From Octopus bimaculoides (lineage: Eukaryota): a DNA stretch of 61,911 nucleotides. Shown here piece after piece: positions 26,812-40,014 of this stretch. The position numbers and the translations under genes were made by a program. Under the pieces are notes generated by a model. That model did not search any database and had not been told where the DNA came from. It saw only the letters and a list, made by a program, of their open reading frames with translations. The stretch covers positions 103,686,830-103,748,740 of the forward strand of contig NC_068982.1 in the NCBI RefSeq assembly GCF_001194135.2, read 5' to 3'. Positions within the stretch are counted from its first letter, which is position 1, and every line of letters begins with the position of its first letter.

Positions 26812-26997
26812 GATTCCAAATTTTGGCACAAAGCCAGCGATTTTGTGGGAGGAGTAAGTTGATTATATCGATCTCCGTGTTCAACTGGTACTTATTTTGT
26901 CGAGTTCGGTGGAATATGAACTCAGAACGTAAATGTAGACGAAATTCCGCTAAGCCATTTGCCCAGTGTACTGATTTTCTGCCAGCTTATCGCCTTA
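26812..26997 (-). mobile_element. SINE family 2 with internal deletion
   Basis: Reverse complement of the family-2 head and tail; part of the core is missing. Confidence 0.75.
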
Positions 26998-27478
26998 AAT
27001 GAGGAACCTGTACTATAGATAAATGAGGTGACAGGTCACAGATTTTTATCATCTTGCAGTTTATCTATAACCAAGTCAACCTAGCAAGTTTTATTACTGA
27101 CAGTTGGATTTGAATTCAGAACAGCAATCTCATTTCATCAATAATATGTTCAGTAACATAACCTGCATCATAACTCCTTGCATCCATCTGAGTAGAATAC
27201 ATTGGCTGTTGCACTAGTTTTGAATCCATAAACTTATGGATTCAAAACAGTTTTATATACATGTCAAACCATCCAGAACTTTTTGCAAATGTTTCGTTAG
27301 TTTCTCCTTCCTGTTTTCTTTAGTCTAATACATAATTCGTTTTGACTATCATTTGGTTTGCAGAAATGCACTTTTGATTGTAAACTTCAGCCTAAATTGC
27401 CAAATAACGTTCTAGTTCAGTTACTGCAGTACTCATTTTTTCAAATATGTAATACTGTGCCAAGAACTTTCTATTCTT

Positions 27479-27521
<43 letters not shown>

Positions 27522-27551
27522 ACACATTGCATGGCAGATTTTTGTAGTTGA

Positions 27552-27597
27552 GTGCAGAGCTCTTGTGCAGAGCTCTTGTGCAGAGCTCTTGTGCAGA
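27552..27597. repeat. 13-bp tandem repeat (GTGCAGAGCTCTT) x3.5
   Basis: Directly visible perfect units. Confidence 0.9.
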
Positions 27598-28079
27598 ACA
27601 TCTGGTGATGTTGGGTGGCGTATGAACAAAAATACAATTTGTAGTTATCACTAACAACTTTCAAGACGTTAAATATGCTTCATTGGGAGGTAAAGTGGTA
27701 AAAAGAGTAAAAAACAACTAAAATAGAAAGCTACAGGGTGGGTTTGCCGGCTCTTTTGTGAATGGGTGGTAGCAATTAGTTTAGAAGGTTGATGGTATAA
27801 ATTGCCACCGAGAGCGGAGGCGGGAAGAAAGAAGATCCATGAAAATGGAAAAGAGGGTGATTACACAGAAAGTTAAGCGTAAGGGTGGGAGCAAAAGTAA
27901 TGAAGTTTAAAGTGAAGTCAACCGAAAAGTATGCGCTGATAGATGTTTGAGGTGAAAAGTACAAAAGAATGCGCAGTATCATAAGGTTGAGCACCTCTGA
28001 TAGGAATTGGAAAGACGGAAGAAGATAAGGAAGTAGGCGAAGAAAATAAATGAAAAAGAAATAAGGAAATATATGCAGA

Positions 28080-28137
<58 letters not shown>

Positions 28138-28719
28138 AAGTGATTGAGTAGGAAGAAAAAAGGTAGTAAGTGTATGTGTGTGTGTGTGTGAACGCGCCTA
28201 AAATGGGAAGTGATAAAAATGATTTGTGCAACAATGGAAGGAGAAATTGACTGAGAAAGTAGAAATTGTGTGGAAAGCAAAAAAAGGAAAAAAGAAAGAA
28301 CGGAAGAATGGAAAAAGAGAAAAGGAAAGACAGTACGTGATTCTAACATCTTAGGCCGCATAGAGATTAACTGTCGATTGCTAATTCAGAGGAGCAAAAA
28401 GCGTTGTAGTAAGTCCTAGAAGAAACAGAAAACATCTGTACACCAGTGGTTGAAGAAAACTAGGGGTGAGGGAATCTTTGCCAATCGATCGTATGACCAT
28501 ATTTTGGGTGTGCATGGAGCAGCAGCAACGTTCAAGATATGGGAAGTTAGAAGTAAATGATCACAGTTAAAGTGCTTTTTGGCTTTCAAGTAACCGAGAC
28601 TAGTGAGGTTGCCTTACAAGTTAAAAGACTACAGGGAACCAGTATTGTAAAGTCAAATCAATAAATCTAAACAAGTAATAAATAGTATAAGCCTTTTGTT
28701 GATATAATGACCAACTACA

Positions 28720-28890
28720 GTAGTTAGTGACAAAGTAGTTAGTTAGAGTAGTTACACTAGTTAGTACAGTAGTAGTACAGTAGTAGTACAGTAGTAGTTA
28801 GTACACTAGTAGTAGTACAGTAGTTACAATAGTTAGTACAAAGTAGTTAGTTACAAAGTAGTTAGTTACAAAGTAGTTAGTTACAAAGTT
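28720..28890. repeat. Compound minisatellite (AGTAGTAC / AGTTAGTTACAAAGT units) at the 3' end of the CRE-like element
   Basis: Directly visible. Confidence 0.8.
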
Positions 28891-28914
28891 CTTGCATTCT
28901 CTCGATTTTCTGTA

Positions 28915-29470
28915 ATTCAGACAACTTCATGGTCCTGGCAGACAAAAATGGAAAAGGTGTTGCCCCGGATGATGCACTGGAAGGATGCCTTGGAACAGTC
29001 ACTCTGACTCACAGAGCTCGCACATGCAGATTGCCATCTCCTCCCCGATAGCGGTGAGGATAGGGATATGACCTGAGGGGCCGAGAACGCCGGCAGTCTC
29101 CATTGCTACAGGATCGACCATAAACCTCCCAGAGAGCAACCGATACTTTGACAGTTTGCCTTGCTCAGCTTGACGAGCAGCGGAGCCTGGGATGGTGACT
29201 GAACACAACAAATTGCTGTTGGGGAAGGTGTAACAGTACGTGGCATCCCAGATAAGGAGCCTACCGCCATGGAGCGGAAAAATTGTCATAGCACCAGGTC
29301 TTTTACTGTCCCCTCGGTCTAGCCCTGCAGGCTCGAGCTGGGGAGGGAAGCCTGCGACGTCTAGACCGTACTTTATGATTTCGTTAAGGGTGGCATGGCG
29401 TGGAAGGCGGCCAACACTATAACGGCATGACAATAGGTGGAGCCGAGCAAAGACCATCAGTGATTGTGAG
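28915..29470 (-). mobile_element. CRE-like non-LTR retrotransposon 3' fragment (RLE endonuclease)
   Basis: HLLSC....GRLPRHATLNEII...LEPAGLDRGDSKRP..MTIFP..GGRLLIWDAT...PVAMETAG..G, then frameshifted LFQ and IIRGN motifs. The expected catalytic RPD reads RPG. Confidence 0.85.
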
Positions 29471-30024
29471 GCCTGCTTAACATTTGAAACAGCAGAAAGT
29501 TCTAGTTGTTTTCATATGCAGAGAGATAAAAGAACAAACTCTTTCTCTAATATGTGTAATAAATACATATGTGTAGTAAATACATATGTTGTTTAAAGCA
29601 CAAGAGGCAAACATGTTCCCATTGAAATATGGTTTAGAGCTCTCTGCTAACGGTGAGTGTATCTGAACCTGTACATTTCGGGTGTGAAGTGTTAGGTTGC
29701 ATATAAAAGATTAAGGAGTGAGAAGTCGTCTTTTCGTTTGCACAAGAATACGTGTTATTTACTCAATCATAAATAGTTCTTTATGTGAATAATATAACAT
29801 CCATAATAGGCGTGCATATATGTATATGTAATAATGAATATACATGAACATTTATAGATATCTACAAATGTACATAATATGTGTATGAGTGTATTTGTTC
29901 ATATATGTGTGCGTCTGTGCGTGCATGTATGTGTGCTGATGCACAGATAAGATTGTGCATATATGATCAATTTTTGGAAACTCAAATGCAAAATTTTTGG
30001 AAGTTTTGAAGAATGTTCGTATGA

Positions 30025-30077
<53 letters not shown>

Positions 30078-30137
30078 NNNNNNNNNNNNNNNNNNNNNNN
30101 NNNNNNNNNNNNNNNNNNNNNNNNNGCGCGTATGTAT

Positions 30138-30502
30138 GTGGTAGTGCAATGGCCCAGTGGTAAGGGCAGTGAACTCGCGGTCGTAGGATCGCGGTTTCAA
30201 TTCCCAGACCGGGCGTTGTGAGTGTTTATTAAGCAAAAACACCTAAAGCTCCGCGAGGGGTTGGTGTCGAACCCTGCTGTACTCTTTCACCACAACTTTC
30301 TCTCACTCTTTCTTCCTGTTTCTGTTGTACCTGTTTTCAGAGGGCCAGCCTTGTCACACTGTGTCACGCTGAATATCCCCGAGAACTACGTTAAGGGTAC
30401 ACGTGTCTGTGGAGTGCTCAGCCACTTGCACGTTAATTTCACGAGCAGGCTGTTCCGTTGATCGGATCAACTGGAACCCTCGACATCGTAAGCGACGGAG
30501 TA
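30138..30502 (+). mobile_element. SINE family 1 copy
   Basis: Head, body and 3' end present; small internal deletion; ends GGAGTAAA. Confidence 0.9.
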
Positions 30503-31019
30503 AANNNNNNNNNNNNNNNNNNNNNNNNNNNNNNNNNNNNNNNNNNNNNNNNNNNNNNNNNNNNNNNNNNNNNNNNNNNNNNNNNNNNNNNNNNNNNNNN
30601 NNNNNNNNNNNNNNNNNNNNNNNNNNNNNNNNNNNNNNNNNNNNNNNNNNNNNNNNNNNNNNNNNNNNNNNNNNNNNNNNNNNNNNNNNNNNNNNNNNNN
30701 NNNNNNNNNNNNNNNNNNNNNNNNNNNNNNNNNNNNNNNNNNNNNNNNNNNNNNNNNNNNNNNNNNNNNNNNNNNNNNNNNNNNNNNNNNNNNNNNNNNN
30801 NNNNNNNNNNNNNNNNNNNNNNNNNNNNNNNNNNNNNNNNNNNNNNNNNNNNNNNNNNNNNNNNNNNNNNNNNNNNNNNNNNNNNNNNNNNNNNNNNNNN
30901 NNNNNNNNNNNNNNNNNNNNNNNNNNNNNNNNNNNNNNNNNNNNNNNNNNNNNNNNNNNNNNNNNNNNNNNNNNNNNNNNNNNNNNNNNNNNNNNNNNNN
31001 NNNNNNNNNNNNNNNNNNN

Positions 31020-31320
31020 GCGTTGTGAGTGTTTATTGAGCGAAAACACCTAAAACTCCACGAGGCTCCGGCAGGGTATGGTGGCGAACCCTGCTGTACT
31101 CTTTCACCACAACTTTCTCTCACTCTTTCTTCCTGCTTATGTTGTGCCTGTATTTCAAAGGGCCAGTCTTGTCACACTGTGTCACGCTGAATATCCCCGA
31201 GAACTACGTTAAGAGTACACGTGTCTGTGGAGTGCTCAGCCACTTGCACGTTAATTTCACGAGCAGGCTGTTCCGTTGATCGGATCAACTGGAACCCTCG
31301 ACATCGTAAGCGACGGAGTA
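31020..31320 (+). mobile_element. SINE family 1 copy, 5' end in gap
   Basis: Body matches family 1; ends GGAGTAAA like the previous copy. Confidence 0.9.
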
Positions 31321-31449
31321 AAATGCACATCATTAAGATGTGAATGACATCAGCGGACTGTAGGACGCATGCGTTTCTGCGTCAGTGTGTGCCGTCAGCT
31401 ACGGATACCAAATCATCGTCCATACCCACTAATAGCTTGTTTTTATATT

Positions 31450-31665
31450 CTTTTGTACACTTGGCACAAGGCCCAAAATTTTTGGGGAAGGGGGCCAGTC
31501 GATTAGATCGACCCCAGTACGCAACTGGTACTTGATTTATCGATCCCGAAAGCATGAAAGGTAAAGTCGACCTCGGCGGAATTTGAACTCAGAACGTAAA
31601 GACAGACGAAATACCGCTTAGCATTTCGCCCGGCGTGTTAACGTTTCTGACAGATCGCCGCCTTC
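31450..31665 (-). mobile_element. SINE family 2, full length with 16-bp TSD
   Basis: TSD AGCTTGTTTTTATATT at 31434-31449 and 31666-31681. Confidence 0.9.
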
Positions 31666-32060
31666 AGCTTGTTTTTATATTAGAGCAACAATACTGTTGA
31701 TATCCCGTATCTGTATCTGACGATACGCAGCTGTATGTTTTTCACACATCGTTTTCATTTTATTTCGAGACAATTTTTGCAGCATATGTCTTTCTATATC
31801 TGAGTGTATATAAGTTGGTTAACGAAAGTCTGAGTCTGAGTGTATATAAATTGGTTAACAAATCAACTGCTGGTGATTAGCGAAGTTCAGTGAAAGGTAG
31901 AGGTAGCATTTAAATTTGGCGAAATATGGAAAAGAGAATTTGAGGAAGAATGATAGGAAATCTTTAATGCTGATCCATATGAGAAATTTGAGTGATAAGG
32001 AAGAGCAGGTTCTACGTAAGCGTAGACACTATCTTTCAGAAAGACATACGAATATAATGT

Positions 32061-32302
32061 ACTAGCAGAGGCACCCGGCGTTGCTCGGGAATGAAATTGT
32101 TGTTTATATACTTGAAGAAAAAAAGGAAAAATATGCTGTATAGAAATTTGAGAGGACATTCTGTAGATGGATTCTCAGATGAATGATGGCTGGGCGCCTC
32201 TCATGAATGGGGAAATTGAAGATGTGCCAAAAAGCCTCATTGGTACTTGGAAACTTTTACGAAAATTATAATGGGGATTAAATGAAAAAAATGATTTACG
32301 TG
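32061..32302 (+). mobile_element. Possible Helentron-associated (HINE/DINE-like) element 5' end
   Basis: ACTAGCAGAGGCACCCGGCGTTGCTCGGG: ACTAG start plus a short CCCG/CGGG hairpin. Runs into a gap. Confidence 0.4.
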
Positions 32303-32564
32303 NNNNNNNNNNNNNNNNNNNNNNNNNNNNNNNNNNNNNNNNNNNNNNNNNNNNNNNNNNNNNNNNNNNNNNNNNNNNNNNNNNNNNNNNNNNNNNNNNN
32401 NNNNNNNNNNNNNNNNNNNNNNNNNNNNNNNNNNNNNGTATACATTTATGTATGTGTGTGTTTGTAAGAGACAGAGTGTGAGTGAGAGAGAGAGGTTTGT
32501 TGTCATGTATACGTACATGCATAAATATACATACATCTTTGGATGTATGCATATGACAACACAG

Positions 32565-32698
32565 CCCTTGACTCACTCACACTCTGTGTCTTACAAACAC
32601 GCACGCGCGCGCATACACACGTGTGTCTTTGTAAATATGCTTGTATACATTTATGTATGTGTGTGTTTGTAAGAGACAGAGTGTGAGTGAGTCAAGGG
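32565..32698. repeat. 36-bp inverted repeat (hairpin) with a 62-nt spacer
   Basis: 32565-32600 versus 32663-32698, one mismatch. The right arm region is also partly duplicated directly at about 32438-32489. Confidence 0.85.
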
Positions 32699-32793
32699 GT
32701 GTGTGTGTGCGTGTGTATGTGTGTGAGACAGAGTGAGAGAGCGGTGTGTATGTAGTATTTACTTTTTTTCTCTCTCTCTCTCTCATACGCACG

Positions 32794-32833
<40 letters not shown>

Positions 32834-33304
32834 AGAGAGTGAAAGCTGTTTGCCGTTGTTACGTCAATACCGGAAGTTGACATTGAGGAACCTTTTTAAA
32901 GAAGTGAATCTTAAATATAAAGCAATATTATTTATTTTTAATTAAAAAGATCAAATGAAGAGCCTAAGATTTGTCCGAGGTCAAATTATTCACGCATCAC
33001 AAGTATGGAAGCATTTGGTGAAGTCGATTTCACGTGAAAAGCGATTACACACACATCTCTGTTTTATATATAGATAAAGCTACTGGCTATAACCATCATT
33101 CTTTATTTTGGACAAAGAAGACAATAGTAATAGTCTCCTCTATATCTTTAGTCTGCAACACATTAAAGATTATTGTAACGGTCAATCTACAAGGTTTTTC
33201 CCCATATTTTATAAACCATTACCGTAATGAATACAGAATCAAGAAGAGTAAAAAGAGAGGAGAAAATGTAAGAAAGAAATGAGACTGAAATAGTTATAAA
33301 TGCT

Positions 33305-33700
33305 GGCATAGCTGTGTGCTCATGAGGTTCACTTTTCAATCACATGGTTTCGGGTTTAACCATTCTGTGCGGCACCTTGGACAAGTGTCTTCTGCTTTCG
33401 CCCCAGACTGACCAATGCCTTGTCAGTGAATTTCGTAGGCGGAATTTGGTAGAAATCCGTCGTATGTATACACATGCACGTATGTGTGTCAGTGTTTGTG
33501 TTTGTATTTGTCCCTCCCACCACTTGACACCGATGTTGGTGTGTTTACGTCCCCGTAACATTAATAGCTCGGCAAAAGAGACCAATAGGATAAGTACCAG
33601 ACTTAAAAATAAGCATTCGGGTCGATTTGTTCGACTAAGCCCTTCAAGGCGGTGCCCCAGCATGGTCACAACTTCTAACTGAAACAAATAAAAGATGAAG
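33305..33700 (+). mobile_element. tRNA-derived SINE family 3, near full length
   Basis: A-box-like TGGCATAGCTGTG and B-box-like GGTTTCGGGTTT; core GGCACCTTGGACAAGTGTCTTCT; internal (GT)-rich tract; 3' end GAAACAAATAAAAGA. Confidence 0.75.
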
Positions 33701-35407
33701 GATAAGCAGTAAATGTAAAATTATTTCTCTTTCAAGCACTGAGTTTTATTTATTGGAATGAAAATTAGAAGTTGTGGCGTCTCTGCTTCTCCTATAGGCA
33801 TTAATATAGTGTAGGTACAGGGGATATGTTTTAGAGGAAACTGCGAACAATGTTCGTTTACAATTTACCACTATATCATCCACCCACCAAAGAAATTACA
33901 CAATATTATAAAATGAAAAGCTGTCTATAGAAGACACGGGGCAGGGGTTTGTCAAGGAAGCAGTAGCAACACATAGGAACATTTAGAAATAACATTAAAA
34001 ACACCAACTTTATTCTTTCTCTCATCCATCATTTGACAATAAAGACGTTGGGTTCCGCCCCACTTTAGAGCTAAGCCTTAACAACAAATGTTAAAGACTC
34101 GTGAAGGAACAAATATATGAGAAGGTGCTTTAAATTTTTTTATTTTTTTATCTCAGAGAGGTAAAATGTATTCTATAGAATAGTAGATTAAGAGAATGAC
34201 TTCAAAGTAACTTGATAACATTTACTCCGTATTTCTGGGAGGATGTTTCATCTTTGTTTTCTCAAAATTTGACACTTTTCATTTCCCGTTGCTTTGAGAC
34301 ACATTGTACGTTTCTCACACATTTGACATCTGCTTCCCCACCCAGTTTGTTTTACTGTTTGAAAGTGATCTTTAGTTTCCACCCATAAGACACCTGTTTC
34401 TATGATTTTTCAATGATTTGATACAAAACTTTTCAGGTATCAACAAACAACAACGCCCGTTTACACCATTTCTCACTGATTTTATCTTATTTTTTTCGTT
34501 CTTGTATATATGTATATATTTCTAAGAAACTCACAATTTTACTGAATGCTCTGAAGTGTTTCTTTCTCTTATATATCTTGTAATTTTATGTATCAAATCT
34601 ATTTAAAATTTTTTAAAAAGTCCTTTTTCTAGTGATATACTTCTAAACTTCGACCAAAGTTTCTTTTTCTTTGACAGACTGTGGAGATCATTTTCGCATT
34701 TTGTCTTTTCTGATCAGTTCAGCTTATATCTTTTGTAAAGCATCTGGTAAACAAGCATTTTAATATCTTAATAACGGTTCATTATACGATAAAACCGACA
34801 CGCATATATGACTTTACTAGCCTTGGTTTAGTTGAAAGGTTAGTAAATGTTTCCATGAAAAAAGAAACAGGAAACTTTTAAAGGTGAATGTGTACGTGGC
34901 TTTTTACATCCTAAGTTCAAATACGCCCAAGGTGAATTTTTTGTACATCTTTGAGGAGTCGATAAAATAATGTACCAGTCGAGTACTAGAATTGAATTAA
35001 TCAATTAAACTCTCTCTCCTATCAAGTTCCAGGCCTTGCACATACGTTAGAAACAATTATTAAAATAGACAGCTTGTATGTGATGGACTATCTAAGAGAA
35101 CAATGGGCAAAAATGTCATAATATTGCTATTCTTAAAACCCATATTTTGATATGTTTCCCTCACTAACTTTTCCTTCTCTTCTTTCTTCGTATTTTTTTT
35201 TTATTATTTAAAAGCATGCCAAAACGTTTCTGCAGCATCTGCGACGCTGCTTTCGAATTCGTCAATCCCAAAACACTTCACTCGTTAGTTTTTCAATTAC
35301 ACTTACTTTGCTGCACACAGTCCATCTTTCATTGATCTAACTCTGACATATGACTCCATATTTCGGCAACTGTAATAACTTCTTTAATTCTATGATACTG
35401 TTCCGTC

Positions 35408-35801
35408 GTAGTGGAGGCGCAATGGCCCAGTGGTTAGGGCAGCGGACTCGCGGTCATAGGATCGCGGTTTCGATTCCCAGACCGGGCGTTGTGAGTGTTT
35501 ATTGAGCGAAAACACCTAAAGCTCCACGAGGCTCCGGTAGGGGATGGTGGCGAACCCTGCTGTACTCTTTAACCACAACTTTCTCTCACTCTTACTTTCT
35601 GTTTCTATTGTACCTGTGATTCAAAGGGCCAGGCTTGTCACACTGTGTCACACTGAATCTCCCCGAGAACTACGTTAAGGGTACACGTGTCTGTGGAGTG
35701 CTCAGCCACTTGCACGTTAATTTCACAAGCAGGCTGTTCCGTTGATCGGATCAACTGGAACCCACGACGTCGTAAGCGACGGAGTGCCAACAACAACAAC
35801 A
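35408..35801 (+). mobile_element. SINE family 1, full length with 11-bp TSD
   Basis: TSD ACTGTTCCGTC at 35397-35407 and 35802-35812; (CAA)n tail. Confidence 0.95.
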
Positions 35802-36476
35802 ACTGTTCCGTCAACAAATGTTGTCGTTCTCTATCATCTCTTAATAAGGATTTTCATAATACTTTTATCGAGATACACAGCACCAATCTACTTGGAATAT
35901 ATTCTGAAATATAACGTAAATAGGTAGTTTACATATATTTTACAAATGATTGCTTCTGCATATTAACTTTACTATGTTTTTAATGTCGCGTATTTGAACC
36001 GCTAATTGTGCATACATAGTTCTTCGCACAAAAACTTACATGTTTTAAAAAAATTATTTACATATACACATGTATCAAGAGACATACGCACACCGAAGGA
36101 TACAGAAAGCTGATTATGAGGTACATATGTATCGTTACCGAGCGTACACGCATACATACATATATGCATACACACATGCATACATACGTGCATTAATACA
36201 TACATATATTCGTACGTACGTACACACAAACACATATATGTATGCATTTGTATATAGGTATACATATATATGTATTCACACATACATACATAAGTACATA
36301 CATCCACTCCCAAGGGACCCACCATATTATACTTTATTAATTAAAGGTCAAATACGAGACACCTGAGCGTAAGAAACGCTTCAATCGTATATCAAAATCT
36401 GAACAGAGAGATAATTAAAATGTTTCTGTGTATCTATTCTTTATATTATTCTCTATAATTGTTTCACTATGTAATG

Positions 36477-36595
<119 letters not shown>

Positions 36596-37215
36596 CACGT
36601 GTGTATTAAAAAGGCTAGATCGATACAAATGTGGTTGAGCGATTTGTAATTTCCTTTTTCAAAGGGCACAGGATATAGTGATTGTAATTGGCAGCATTAT
36701 CTACATTTTATCAATTCTAGCTGAATGCGAGACAAGGTCAACTCAATCAGGACTTGAATGTAGAACACCGTGGTTTTGATGAAGAAAGCATTAAACATCT
36801 TATTTTATGCACTCCTGTTTGTGCTATCTCGCTGTAATGTACCTCGATCCCTCACTATAGACATCAAGGAGGAACTTTGATAAATGACCATAGCAACACG
36901 TTTCATTTTGGTTGAGATGTACATTTTACTAGAAAAATCAAAATCAAATAGAAAAATCATGGGAAAAGCAACACAACAAAGCTAAAATTGCTCGGAAACA
37001 TTGCGATATGCTTCTTTGTTGCAGTAAGTAATGATAGAATCTATTTCATAGGTATGAAAACTTAGGAGGAGAAAAGAAGTTAAATACATTGTGAAGAACT
37101 ACAGTGACACATGAACTTCCATGAACGCCATAGATGAATGCAGAAATAAGAACGGAATAAAACACTGAATATCACTAACTATTTGTTACCGATAATATAT
37201 ATATGTATATGTATA

Positions 37216-37403
37216 GCACACTGGGCAAAATGCTTAGCGGCATTTCGTCCGCCTTTACATTCAAAGTTCAAATTCCGTCGAGGTTGACTTTGCCTTTCAT
37301 CCTTTTGGGGTTGATAAATTAAGTACCAGATTAGCACAAGGATCGACGTAATCGACTTAAGCTCTCTTCGAAATTACTGGCCTTGTGCCAAAATTTGAAA
37401 CTA
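37216..37403 (+). mobile_element. SINE family 2, 5'-truncated
   Basis: Core TTTGCCTTTCATCCTTTTGGGGTTGATAAATTAAGTACC and family-2 3' end. Confidence 0.8.
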
Positions 37404-37482
<79 letters not shown>

Positions 37483-37999
37483 AAGATATATACATACATG
37501 CACATATTCTCTCTCTCTTTCACACACACACACACACACATTTAATATACACAGGCGCTGCTGTAAGTTCCATGCTCTGATAGTAGTTTGCTTTTAAACC
37601 CTGTCTACATTAAAGTATATTTATCTCCTGCAGGACTGAGTACGCTTTTTCTGATACCTCCAATAATGAAACAGTACACTATGTGTGTGTTTGAGTATGT
37701 GAGTATGTATTGTTTGTATGAAACTTCGAGTTTTGTCTGATATTTATTCAATCTGTTGGCTGAATAAACACAGGAAAAGTAACTTGAAATGGCAGTTTTT
37801 ATCTACCGAAAGAAAAACAACTAGAAACATCACTACAGCCTCCAAGACATCTTAGTTTTGTATTTTATCTGAAGTACAGACGTGACAATTTCATCTTTAT
37901 TTCTGCTGTATTATATTCACGACTATTTTATTAAGTATATTATTCCAGTTTCAAGAGGATAGACTGAACTTCGCCCCCACCCCCATACATCTGGCCATG

Positions 38000-38125
38000 C
38001 TGCCATGAAGGGCTTTAGTCGAATAGATCGATGCCAATACTTATTTTTAAAATCTGGTACTTATTCTATCGGTTTGCTTTGCCGAGCCGTTAAATTATAG
38101 GATGTAAGCAAACCAACACCACTTA
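38000..38125 (-). mobile_element. SINE family 3, 3' fragment
   Basis: Reverse complement of the 3' half of 33305-33700. Confidence 0.6.
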
Positions 38126-39149
38126 TGAAGCACAGTAACAAACATGCACGCACACACACACACACACACACNNNNNNNNNNNNNNNNNNNNNNNNNNNNN
38201 NNNNNNNNNNNNNNNNNNNNNNNNNNNNNNNNNNNNNNNNNNNNNNNNNNNNNNNNNNNNNNNNNNNNNNNNNNNNNNNNNNNNNNNNNNNNNNNNNNNN
38301 NNNNNNNNNNNNNNNNNNNNNNNNNNNNNNNNNNNNNNNNNNNNNNNNNNNNNNNNNNNNNNNNNNNNNNNNNNNNNNNNNNNNNNNNNNNNNNNNNNNN
38401 NNNNNNNNNNNNNNNNNNNNNNNNNNNNNNNNNNNNNNNNNNNNNNNNNNNNNNNNNNNNNNNNNNNNNNNNNNNNNNNNNNNNNNNNNNNNNNNNNNNN
38501 NNNNNNNNNNNNNNNNNNNNNNNNNNNNNNNNNNNNNNNNNNNNNNNNNNNNNNNNNNNNNNNNNNNNNNNNNNNNNNNNNNNNNNNNNNNNNNNNNNNN
38601 NNNNNNNNNNNNNNNNNNNNNNNNNNNNNNNNNNNNNNNNNNNNNNNNNNNNNNNNNNNNNNNNNNNNNNNNNNNNNNNNNNNNNNNNNNNNNNNNNNNN
38701 NNNNNNNNNNNNNNNNNNNNNNNNNNNNNNNNNNNNNNNNNNNNNNNNNNNNNNNNNNNNNNNNNNNNNNNNNNNNNNNNNNNNNNNNNNNNNNNNNNNN
38801 NNNNNNNNNNNNNNNNNNNNNNNNNNNNNNNNNNNNNNNNNNNNNNNNNNNNNNNNNNNNNNNNNNNNNNNNNNNNNNNNNNNNNNNNNNNNNNNNNNNN
38901 NNNNNNNNNNNNNNNNNNNNNNNNNNNNNNNNNNNNNNNNNNNNNNNNNNNNNNNNNNNNNNNNNNNNNNNNNNNNNNNNNNNNNNNNNNNNNNNNNNNN
39001 NNNNNNNNNNNNNNNNNNNNNNNNNNNNNNNNNNNNNNNNNNNNNNNNNNNNNNNNNNNNNNNNNNNNNNNNNNNNNNNNNNNNNNNNNNNNNNNNNNNN
39101 NNNNNNNNNNNNNNNNNNNNTGTGTGTGTGTGTACGTGTGTGTGTGTGT

Positions 39150-39185
<36 letters not shown>

Positions 39186-39186
<1 letters not shown>

Positions 39187-40014
39187 CTATCTGACGTACC
39201 CGGTACGTACCCCGTTCTCATAATTATTTCGCTAATCCAGTAACAACAATACAAAGTATGTAGCCCTTAAAAAGGGTTTTGTGCATTTACAGATAATACC
39301 GAACTGTCTTACACAGGATCTTGTTTTTTGGGTAGTTATGACTACCCAAATTGTGAAGTTAGTTATGTAATAACATGAAATTAGTTACCCGATAGTAAGA
39401 ATTCAAATAAAGGAACCCCCAAAAGGACTTTAATGCGTTCCCAGAGTATATAGAACATAGGAGGAAATACTAATAAGGTATGTATACTAAAATCGTGAAG
39501 CATGTTACGTGATAACAGGCTAATCAGATATGAGATAATAACAATTCAAAATAAATAACTCTGAAAAAGGCTTTTGTGCTTTCCCAGAGAATATTACCCT
39601 CAGGGCGCTAGTGTTGTTATACTCGTAAATAAGTCACTAACCAAAATAAGTGGATGGAAATAACTCTAACAGTTCAAATACTAAGAAAGAAGCATACTCA
39701 ATTTCATTTTTACCAAATAATTTAGGAAAATGAATGGGTTATTTCCCTTGGCTATATATAAGGATCCCTTCTAGGGGCGAATGGGTTATTTCCCTTGGTT
39801 TTTAAAATAAAATATATTAGATATATATATAAGGATCTCTTCTAGGGGCCCTGTTATCGAATTTTTCAACAATCTGAGTATGCCATGAGGATTCCAGACA
39901 TGAGTTCTACTCACGTGTGAAGTTTCATCAAAATCGTTAAATCGATGTAGGTGGAGTTAGCTAACAACTCCACAAACACACCCATAGACAGAATTTCCCA
40001 CATATGTAGTAGAT
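39186..40014 (+). mobile_element. Possible non-autonomous Helentron-type (HINE/DINE-like) element
   Basis: Start ACTATCTGACGTACCCGG; internal short tandem duplications at about 39730-39850; 3' part GTGAAGTTTCATCAAAATCG...CACCCATAGACAG...AGTAGAT. Inserted in TA-rich microsatellite with no TSD. Confidence 0.45.

Noticed and set aside
32859-32877. Adjacent CRE-like TTACGTCA and ETS ACCGGAAGT motifs
   Set aside because: Short motifs are expected by chance in 62 kb and there is no other promoter evidence.
33900-34400. Possible very old Penelope GIY-YIG relic
   Set aside because: Only scattered residues match; cannot be supported.
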